64,000 nucleotides of DNA from an uncultured Flavobacteriales bacterium (GTDB lineage Bacteria; Bacteroidota; Bacteroidia; Flavobacteriales_D; Crocinitomicaceae). How positions within the stretch are numbered: position 1 is the stretch's first letter; each line of letters begins with the position of its first letter. The position numbers and the translations under genes are program-made. Below the pieces are notes generated by a model. The model had not been told where the DNA came from and ran no database searches. It saw only the letters and a list, made by a program, of their open reading frames with translations. The stretch lies in NCBI GenBank assembly GCA_913056215.1, contig CAJXMN010000007.1, positions 99 to 64,098 of the forward strand. Direction: 5' to 3'. Positions 56,717 to 64,000 of the stretch are shown piece after piece.

Positions 56717-57424
56717 CTAAACATCGCGCACCTCAAAAGGGTTGAAGTTGCCCATTGATTCTATTTCCCTGATCGTATTATTTTCGACACGTAAAACACG
56801 TCCCGGAAACTTCTCAACCAAGCTCATATCGTGTGTGGCCATCAGTAGTGAAGTGCCTTCATTGGCTATAGCGATGAGTAGCTGCATAATAGCTTCTGAA
56901 GTTTCGGGGTCTAAATTACCCGTGGGCTCGTCTGCTAGAATAAGAGCAGGATTATTAAGTAGTGCTCTGGCAATAGCTACGCGCTGTTGCTCTCCACCTG
57001 ATAATTCGTGCGGCATTTTGTATGCTTTTTCTTCGATACCGACCATGCCTAGCACTTTTAATCCGCGCTGCTCCATTTCTTTCTTCTTCTTCCATCCTGT
57101 CGCTTTCATTACAAAAAGGAGATTTTTCATCACGGATCGGTCTGTGAGCAACTGGAAATCCTGAAATACAATGCCAATTTTCCTTCTGAGTAATGGAATT
57201 TCCCGTTTCTTGAGTTTGGTCAGATCAAAACCGGCTACCGTTCCTTTACCATCAATGAGTGGTAAATCACCATAGAGCGTTTTGAGAAAACTACTTTTTC
57301 CTGTACCCGTTTTTCCGATGAGGTAGACAAATTCTTTTTCACTAATGGTGACATTCAAATCCTGCAGAACAGTGACTTTTTTCTGTTCTATCCTTCCTTG
57401 TTGTATTTCGACGACCTTCTTCAC
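56717..57424 (-). CDS. ftsE: Cell-division ABC transporter ATP-binding protein FtsE-like
   Basis: Walker A GKTGTGKSS, signature LSGGEQQRVAIARAL, Walker B LILADEPTGNLD. About 230 aa with no fused permease. Confidence 0.8.
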   Translation of the reverse strand: MKKVVEIQQGRIEQKKVTVLQDLNVTISEKEFVYLIGKTGTGKSSFLKTLYGDLPLIDGKGTVAGFDLTKLKKREIPLLRRKIGIVFQDFQLLTDRSVMKNLLFVMKATGWKKKKEMEQRGLKVLGMVGIEEKAYKMPHELSGGEQQRVAIARALLNNPALILADEPTGNLDPETSEAIMQLLIAIANEGTSLLMATHDMSLVEKFPGRVLRVENNTIREIESMGNFNPFEVRDV

Positions 57425-57587
57425 TGATTTTAAGCTTTATTCAAATATCTACAAAATATAATCATTTAATCCACACGCATCATAACAATCTTAACAGAAT
57501 CGCGTTTATAACTTTTGAGACTTATCATCGGAAACAGAGATTTCCTCTATACTTTTAGCTTTAGTAAAAACTCTATTATAATTGTAC

Positions 57588-60500
57588 ATGATCATGTCGG
57601 CGCAGCGTTTTATCACGATTTTATTATTTACCGTTGCAGTTACTTGTTCAGTTGCGCAGCGAACAGAGAAGTATGATAGTGAATATGCTTCTTTTTACAG
57701 GGCAGAGGATTTATTTGAAAAAGAACAATACAGCGCTGCCAGGGCTCAATTTGCTCAATTTACGGATTCATTTGAAGATAAAAATGACCCTTTATTTGTA
57801 AAGGCGCGCTATTATGAAGGGCTAGCAGCATTGCATTTGTATAATAATGATGCGGTAAAAATTCTTCAGGAGTTTATTCATGAATACCCCGAGAGTATTT
57901 ATAAAAATGACATCTATTTAAAAATAGGAAAATATTTCTATCAGCGAAAAAAATATACAGATGCCGTTGTCTGGCTTCAAAAGACTGATCGGACAGAAGT
58001 AGCTTCAACGCAGTTAACAGAATATTATTTTAAGTTAGGATATGCCCACTTCCAACTAGGAGAATATACCGCAGCCAGAAATGCATTTTATGAGATCAAA
58101 GATGATTCCTCGAATTACGCAGCACCCGCGCTCTATTATTATTCGCATATTGCCTATCAAAATGAGACTTATCAAGAGGCATTGGATGGATTTTTGAAAC
58201 TGTTAAATCATCCGACATTTAAAAACGAAGTGCCTTATTATATCACACAAATTTATTATTTGCTGGGTGATTATGAAAAACTGACTGATTTTGCTCCTGA
58301 TCTAATGAGCCGAGGCGAAGAGCCACGCTCTCCTGAAATGAATTTACTGATCGGTGATGCATATTATCGCACTAAAAAATACGATGAAGCAGCAGATTAT
58401 TTAAAAGCATACGATCGCAGCAGCGAGACGACTAGAGAACAAGATTATGCCCTTGCATTTGCCTACTATAAAAGTCACCAATATGAATCGGCAATCCCCG
58501 TATTTGATCGCGTAACCCGAGAGGAAGATCAGTTGGCACAAACAGCCTATTATCATATCGCAACGTGTTACCAACAAACAGATCAATTGAACTACGCCAG
58601 GACGGCATTTAAATCTGCAGCAGCACTTGATTATGATGCAGAAACACAAGAGGATGCGCTCTACAATTATGCTGTGCTTTCTTATGAACTTGATTACAAT
58701 CCTTACAATGAAGCTATTGAAGCTTTCGAGCTATTTTTAGAAAAATTTCCACGATCTAAAAGACGTGAAGATGTCTACAGCTATTTGGTGAATGTGTATT
58801 CCAACACGAAACGTTATAATGAGGCGTTACAATCCCTCGACCGCATTGAAGAACTCAATATTCAACTGAAAACAGCTTATCAGGTCGTAGCATTCAATAT
58901 GGGGATAGAACGTTTTGAGCGCGGTGCATATCAAAGTGCCATCCAGGCCTTAAAGCGCGTCAGTAAATACCCCGTTAATGCTGAAATATCTGGGAAAGCT
59001 GTATTTTGGACCGCTGATGCACATTATCGCCTCACGGATTATGTGAACGCTATCAAAGAATTTCGAAGTTTTCTATCTATTCCCGGTGTTAATGATAAGC
59101 AACTGAAACATGGAGCTTACTATAATATTGCCTATTCTTATTATCAACAAGAAGATTGGATCCAGGCGATTCAAGCGTTCAGAACCTATACCCAATTATC
59201 TGGTATTGAAGACGATCGCCGATTGGCTGATGCCTTTGCACGGATCGGTGACTGTTATTATACCAAAGATGAACCAGATTTTGAGAAGTCGGCCATGAAT
59301 TACGAGAAAGCACTCAATTATGAATCGCAAAATATGGATCGCATTTTATATGCACTGGCTAAGGTGTATGGCTTTCGATCTGGAAAACGTCAAAAGCGTA
59401 TTGAGACCTTGCTTGATATTATCAATAATTACTCTGGCTCATCTTATGTCATACCTGCGATTTTTGATGTTGGAATGAGTTATAAAAATTCTGGAAATAA
59501 TGAGAAGGCACTGCAGTATTTCAACCAAATTGTCAACGATTACCCCAATAATATCCTCGTACAGGATGCATTGATTGAGATTGCTGATTTGAAGTACAAG
59601 CAAAAAAAATATCGGGAATCGGAAAGCTATTTCCGACGGGTTCTCAACGAGTATGCCCTTAACGATGAAATGTGTAAACGCGCTACACAAGGCTTAATTG
59701 ATATCTACAAAGCAACCAGGAGGCAAAATGAAGTAACCAATTTGCGCAATGAATTTGCATGTGCAGAAATATCTGATGATGATGAAGAGGTGATTTTTTA
59801 TGAAGCGGCCAACGAACTTTATCTTAATGAAAATTATGAAGAAGCAATACCGGAGCTTAAAAAATACCTGGAGCGCTACCCTGATGGTCGATTTACAATC
59901 CAGTTGTTGAGTTACATAGCGGATATTTATTACCAAAAAGGAGATGAAGAAAAAGCGCTCGAATACTACGCACAAATTATCGAAAAACGCAACTCGAGTT
60001 ATACTGAAGAAGCGTTGATACGTGCGTCTAAAACACTTTACAATAAAGGTGAATATGAAAAAGCACTTCCTTACTATGATCAATTGGAAGAATTGGCATC
60101 AACTCCTCAGGTGATTTTCAATACCCGGGTTGGCCTGATGCGCTGTAACTATTTGCTTGAGCATTACTCTAATGCTGCAGAAATGGCGCGAAAGGTGTTG
60201 GATGATAAACTGCTGACAGATGATGATAAGCGCGTGGAGGCGAATTACGTTGCGGGTATGTCCTTATTTCATACCGAAAAATATGAAGAGTGTCAATCAT
60301 TCTTGCGCTGGACGGCTGACCATACGGGTAAAGAGCGTGGTACAGAGGCACTTTATACCTTAGCTGCATCCCAATACCATCTCGATAAATATGATAAGTC
60401 CGAGAAAATTCATAAAGAATTGATGAAGCGCAAACCAGCCTACGACTATTGGATTGCCAAATCCCTTATTTTACAGGCGCGTGTTTTTCTTGCTAGAGAC

Positions 60501-60683
60501 GAGTTGTTCCAGGCAGAGAAGACTGTAGATCTAGTGTTGAAAAACTATCCAAACAAAGAGGATGATGTCATAAATGAAGCTCAATCGGTGAAAGATGAAA
60601 TTATGCAGTTAAAAAATGCTTCAAAAGCAATTGAGGATAATGGCAATCGTATGATTGAGATAAATGAGGAGGATGATGAGTAG
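57588..60683 (+). CDS. Large tetratricopeptide-repeat protein (about 1030 aa), secreted or lipoprotein
   Basis: N-terminal ITILLFTVAVTCSVAQ. TPR-like A/Y-rich repeats run through the whole length. Acidic C-terminal tail INEEDDE. Start ambiguous (57588 or 57594). Confidence 0.75.
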   Translation: MIMSAQRFITILLFTVAVTCSVAQRTEKYDSEYASFYRAEDLFEKEQYSAARAQFAQFTDSFEDKNDPLFVKARYYEGLAALHLYNNDAVKILQEFIHEYPESIYKNDIYLKIGKYFYQRKKYTDAVVWLQKTDRTEVASTQLTEYYFKLGYAHFQLGEYTAARNAFYEIKDDSSNYAAPALYYYSHIAYQNETYQEALDGFLKLLNHPTFKNEVPYYITQIYYLLGDYEKLTDFAPDLMSRGEEPRSPEMNLLIGDAYYRTKKYDEAADYLKAYDRSSETTREQDYALAFAYYKSHQYESAIPVFDRVTREEDQLAQTAYYHIATCYQQTDQLNYARTAFKSAAALDYDAETQEDALYNYAVLSYELDYNPYNEAIEAFELFLEKFPRSKRREDVYSYLVNVYSNTKRYNEALQSLDRIEELNIQLKTAYQVVAFNMGIERFERGAYQSAIQALKRVSKYPVNAEISGKAVFWTADAHYRLTDYVNAIKEFRSFLSIPGVNDKQLKHGAYYNIAYSYYQQEDWIQAIQAFRTYTQLSGIEDDRRLADAFARIGDCYYTKDEPDFEKSAMNYEKALNYESQNMDRILYALAKVYGFRSGKRQKRIETLLDIINNYSGSSYVIPAIFDVGMSYKNSGNNEKALQYFNQIVNDYPNNILVQDALIEIADLKYKQKKYRESESYFRRVLNEYALNDEMCKRATQGLIDIYKATRRQNEVTNLRNEFACAEISDDDEEVIFYEAANELYLNENYEEAIPELKKYLERYPDGRFTIQLLSYIADIYYQKGDEEKALEYYAQIIEKRNSSYTEEALIRASKTLYNKGEYEKALPYYDQLEELASTPQVIFNTRVGLMRCNYLLEHYSNAAEMARKVLDDKLLTDDDKRVEANYVAGMSLFHTEKYEECQSFLRWTADHTGKERGTEALYTLAASQYHLDKYDKSEKIHKELMKRKPAYDYWIAKSLILQARVFLARDELFQAEKTVDLVLKNYPNKEDDVINEAQSVKDEIMQLKNASKAIEDNGNRMIEINEEDDE

Positions 60684-62409
60684 ATTAAATTTTATTATAG
60701 GAGTTTCTTGCATCTTTGCAATTGTATCTAACAGTTGGTCTCAGGAAAATAATGGAGATGTCCAGGTAACCACGGATTCTGATCGTTCGTTGCCACCGGT
60801 CAATAGAGTCAGTATGCGACCGTCTATGATTGATACGGCGATTACCTCAACGGTTACTGACTATCCGTTGCTCGTATTACAAGAAAATACGAGTTTTGAA
60901 ATTGATAAAATAGCTCCTGCGAATATACGTCATCGCCCACAACTCCCACAGCTTTACAGAGGGTATGCGAAATTGGGAGCAGGAAGTCGCCTTATGGGGT
61001 TGGGTGAACTTTATTATAATTCTATACGTTCAAGAAAATATCATTGGGGAATACATGCTAAACATTTATCAGAATGGGGGCAAATCCCTGAGGTTGCTCC
61101 TTCACAATACGATCGAACTAAAGTAAAGGCTTTTGGCAAGGTAGAAGAACGACGCTACTCGTACGGTGGTGAAATCGGATACAAGAATTACGGCCTTCAC
61201 TATTACGGTTTTGAGAACCCAGATGCCGCTCGAGATAGTATATCACAGCGCTATCAGTCTGTAGATTTTTCAGGTTTTTTTGATGCGCACAAGAAGGACT
61301 CTGCGATGCTGAATTATCGGATTGGGTTGGACTACTCCAATTTTTTGGATCAAAAACCTTCGGTGGATTCTTTGAGTAAATGGAGGGGGCAAGAAAATAA
61401 TGTGGGGATTCGATCAACTTGGCAGTATAACATGTCCACGAATGTATTGCTTTCCAATTTAAGAGCCGATGCCGATGTTAGCTTTAATGATTATCGTTAT
61501 GGTATTCGGGATAGCTCTATTGCACCAATGGATACAGGTTTTGTGCATCAGAATACACTTGTACAGTTGCGCCCCGTCACCAGCTTTTATAGCCTCAATG
61601 AGAAATTACATTTTAAATTAGGAGGAGCATTCGCACTCAATATTAACCAAAATGTACAGGCTAGTTTATATCCTATTGCTGAAGTGAAATATTCCCTTTT
61701 TGACGATTTATTTATTCCTTATGCTGGAGTCGAAGGAGGAATGAAACAACGAAGATTTACTCATCTGGCACGTACAAATGAATTTATCAGATCAAACGTT
61801 GAACTGAATAATCGTAGTCGATATGAGGCGCACTTTGGTATAAAAGGAACACTAACGTCTAAAATGCGGTTTAACATTGGAGCTTCTTTTGCAACACATC
61901 GTAATCAAGCCCTATATGTCAATGACACAGTGCTTTCTTCTGGTAATCAATTCCGCGTTATTTATGATACGGTTAATGTTTCCACCATTAGCGGTAGTTT
62001 GTCTTATCAACAAAATGAAAAACTGAAAATTGATGGAATTGCCCGTTTTCACTCTTATCAGGCACGAAATAATCCGTACGCATGGAATTTACCGCAATTT
62101 GAATTTATTGCACGCGGAAATTACAATATTGCCGACAAATTGCTCATAAAGTTGGATTTTACTTTAGAAACGGGAAGGACTGCTAAAGCGTTTGATCCCG
62201 ATCAAGAGGGTGTAATGGAACAAGACGGACAGCTATACCGACCTTTAGGTGTAATCGCCGATGCCAATATAGGAGCTGAATTTCGCTATACGAAACGGAT
62301 ATCTATTTTTGCCAATTTCAATAATGTGGCAGCACAACGTTATAAAAGGTGGTACGGTTACCCTGTTCAAGGATTTCAATTCATGGCTGGAGCAACGTTT
62401 CGCTTTTGA
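60664..62409 (+). CDS. Large outer-membrane beta-barrel protein (putative porin family)
   Basis: Signal MSRLNFIIGVSCIFAIVSNSWSQ, alternating beta-strand patterns, C-terminal QFMAGATFRF (terminal Phe). Overlaps the TPR gene by 20 nt. Confidence 0.65.
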   Translation: MRRMMSRLNFIIGVSCIFAIVSNSWSQENNGDVQVTTDSDRSLPPVNRVSMRPSMIDTAITSTVTDYPLLVLQENTSFEIDKIAPANIRHRPQLPQLYRGYAKLGAGSRLMGLGELYYNSIRSRKYHWGIHAKHLSEWGQIPEVAPSQYDRTKVKAFGKVEERRYSYGGEIGYKNYGLHYYGFENPDAARDSISQRYQSVDFSGFFDAHKKDSAMLNYRIGLDYSNFLDQKPSVDSLSKWRGQENNVGIRSTWQYNMSTNVLLSNLRADADVSFNDYRYGIRDSSIAPMDTGFVHQNTLVQLRPVTSFYSLNEKLHFKLGGAFALNINQNVQASLYPIAEVKYSLFDDLFIPYAGVEGGMKQRRFTHLARTNEFIRSNVELNNRSRYEAHFGIKGTLTSKMRFNIGASFATHRNQALYVNDTVLSSGNQFRVIYDTVNVSTISGSLSYQQNEKLKIDGIARFHSYQARNNPYAWNLPQFEFIARGNYNIADKLLIKLDFTLETGRTAKAFDPDQEGVMEQDGQLYRPLGVIADANIGAEFRYTKRISIFANFNNVAAQRYKRWYGYPVQGFQFMAGATFRF

Positions 62410-62471
62410 CAAAATCAAGGAATTCAAACGTATTTATTCGAAGTAGTGAACAAACTTTCTTCTTGGTCTGT

Positions 62472-62502
62472 TTTGTAGACAGAGAAAGTCACAGTACTTT
62501 TG
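62472..62502 (+). promoter_or_regulatory. Candidate Bacteroidota sigma-A promoter of dxs (TTTG-N19-TACTTTTG)
   Basis: TTTG at 62472-62475 and TACTTTTG at 62495-62502, 16 nt upstream of the ATG at 62519. Confidence 0.5.
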
Positions 62503-62518
62503 TTTTAATTGTAGAAAC

Positions 62519-64000
62519 ATGGCAAATTATCAAGCTGGTCAACTATTAAGGGATATCAATAATCCTCATGATCTCCGAAAACTGACGGAGGACGAACTTC
62601 CTCAGGTAAGTGATGAAGTCAGGCAATATATCATTGATGTAATTTCAGAGATTGGAAACTCGCATTTTGGGGCGAGTTTAGGTGTTGTTGAACTGACAGT
62701 AGCATTACATTATGTGTTTGATACACCTAAAGATCAGTTAGTTTGGGATGTGGGTCATCAAGCCTATGGTCATAAGATATTGACGGGCAGGAGAGATGTT
62801 TTTCATACAAATAGAATAAAAGGAGGAATCAGTGGTTTTCCAAAGCGCAGCGAAAGTGAGTATGATACTTTCGGCGTAGGGCATTCTTCAACTTCTATTT
62901 CAGGAGCTTTGGGGATGGCTGTAGCTAATCGCTACAAAGGAGAGAAGGAGCGTCAACATATTGCTGTAATCGGTGATGGCGCGTTGACTGCTGGCTTGGC
63001 TTTTGAAGGATTGAATCACGCTGGTTTTGAAAAAGATGCCAACTTGTTGGTTGTTTTGAATGATAATTGCATGTCGATTGACCCCAACGTTGGAGCATTA
63101 AAAGATTATCTTACGGATATAACGACTTCACATACCTACAATAAAGTTAAAGATGAGGTTTGGAGCATGCTGGGAAAACTGTCTAAGTTTGGTCCCGATG
63201 CGCGAACGGTTGTAAGCAAAGTATCTTCCGCTTTAAAAGGAAGTTTACTGAAGCAATCGAATATGTTTGAATCGCTGAACTTTAGATACTTCGGTCCTGT
63301 TGATGGTCATGATGTAATTGGATTAAAAAAGATATTTGAAGATTTAAAGGATATTCCAGGTCCGAAAATTTTACATTGTGTAACCAAGAAAGGCAAAGGA
63401 TTTAAGTTCTCTGAAGAGGGGAATCCCACGCAATGGCATGCACCAGGTGTCTTTAATAAAGATACGGGTGAAATTGTGAAGATCGTTCCCACGTCACCTC
63501 AACCACCCAAATATCAGCAAGTTTTTGGACATACAATTGTGGAGCTGGCAGAGGAGAATGAAAAAATTATGGGTATTACTCCAGCCATGCCTTCGGGGAG
63601 TTCGCTCAATATCATGATGGAAGCGATGCCCGATCGTGCATTTGATGTAGGGATTGCTGAACAACATGCTGTAACGTTCTCAGCAGGACTTGCTACACAA
63701 GGGATGATCCCTTTTTGTAATATTTATTCATCCTTTATGCAGCGGGCTTATGATCAAGTAATACACGACGTTGCTTTGCAAAATTTAAATGTCGTATTCT
63801 GCCTGGATAGAGCTGGATTTGCCGGGGCAGACGGTGCGACGCATCATGGTGCCTATGATTATGCGTACATGCGTGCAGTTCCCAATATGACGGTGGCAGC
63901 ACCGATGAATGAATCTGAGTTGCGAAATATGATGCTTACCGCCCAGCAAGATGATATGGGACCTTTTAGTATACGTTATCCGCGCGGAAAGGGAGTGATG
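62519..64000 (+). CDS. dxs: 1-deoxy-D-xylulose-5-phosphate synthase, 3'-partial (runs off the window)
   Basis: Not in the supplied ORF track because it has no stop in the window. My translation from ATG 62519 is MANYQAGQLLRDINNPHDLRKLTEDELPQVSDEVRQYIIDVISEIGNSHFGASLGVVELTVALHYVFDTPKDQLVWDVGHQAYGHKILTGRRD... with the later GDGALTAGLAFEGLNHAG thiamine-diphosphate motif. The frame is open for all 494 codons to nt 64000. Confidence 0.93.
   Translation, partial: MANYQAGQLLRDINNPHDLRKLTEDELPQVSDEVRQYIIDVISEIGNSHFGASLGVVELTVALHYVFDTPKDQLVWDVGHQAYGHKILTGRRDVFHTNRIKGGISGFPKRSESEYDTFGVGHSSTSISGALGMAVANRYKGEKERQHIAVIGDGALTAGLAFEGLNHAGFEKDANLLVVLNDNCMSIDPNVGALKDYLTDITTSHTYNKVKDEVWSMLGKLSKFGPDARTVVSKVSSALKGSLLKQSNMFESLNFRYFGPVDGHDVIGLKKIFEDLKDIPGPKILHCVTKKGKGFKFSEEGNPTQWHAPGVFNKDTGEIVKIVPTSPQPPKYQQVFGHTIVELAEENEKIMGITPAMPSGSSLNIMMEAMPDRAFDVGIAEQHAVTFSAGLATQGMIPFCNIYSSFMQRAYDQVIHDVALQNLNVVFCLDRAGFAGADGATHHGAYDYAYMRAVPNMTVAAPMNESELRNMMLTAQQDDMGPFSIRYPRGKGVM

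Noticed and set aside
62349-62549. 66-codon ORF bridging the end of the beta-barrel gene and the start of dxs
   Set aside because: It overlaps both a well-supported gene end and the dxs promoter and start, and is out of frame with both. Treated as spurious.

Overview
This looks like a chromosomal segment from a Bacteroidota (Flavobacteriia-like) bacterium. The evidence is five proteins ending in T9SS C-terminal sorting domains, repeated TTTG-N19-20-TAnnTTTG promoter-like motifs just upstream of genes, few Shine-Dalgarno-like sequences, and the gene content. All calls come from reading the translations and DNA by eye; no searches or computations were run.

nt 1-9700 is a decayed, visibly AT-rich accessory patch. 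It holds a tail-fibre-like protein at the window edge and a large secreted GH5-like T9SS cargo. It also holds a second small T9SS cargo gene, broken by an in-frame TAG and cut off by an apparently intact IS3-family element. Beyond those are a 5'-truncated sulfotransferase, a GT2 glycosyltransferase, an orphan ABC-2 (Wzm-like) permease with no ATPase partner, and a 226-bp non-coding element bounded by inverted repeats.

The rest (9.7-64 kb) is mostly core genes:
- lspA, a dksA-like gene, a nitroreductase and an Fe-ADH
- an ECF sigma module
- an SbcD/SbcC-like (yhaO/yhaN-like) pair coupled to a TPR-PP2C phosphatase
- a FabH-like KAS III, a thioesterase and a PLP decarboxylase
- the accessory half of a caa3-type cytochrome oxidase locus (cyoE, two subunit III genes, subunit IV, two SCO proteins, DUF420)
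- sodA, a MarC-family protein and a 1161-aa T9SS-secreted PGRP-type amidase
- pyk, an rpoN operon, asnS, a nucleosidase-fold fusion protein next to ahcY, two tandem OMP paralogues, ftsE, and a 1033-aa TPR protein coupled to a beta-barrel
- a dxs gene that runs off the 3' edge and is missing from the ORF track

I saw no rRNA, tRNA, CRISPR array, reverse transcriptase, restriction-modification or toxin-antitoxin genes. I cannot point to one clear-cut novel system. The best candidates for a second look are:
- the membrane-inserted, hook-less Rad50-like ATPase operon with a PP2C phosphatase
- the unknown-domain plus MTAN-like nucleosidase fusion beside ahcY
- the modular T9SS amidase
- the inverted-repeat element at the site of the missing Wzt ATPase
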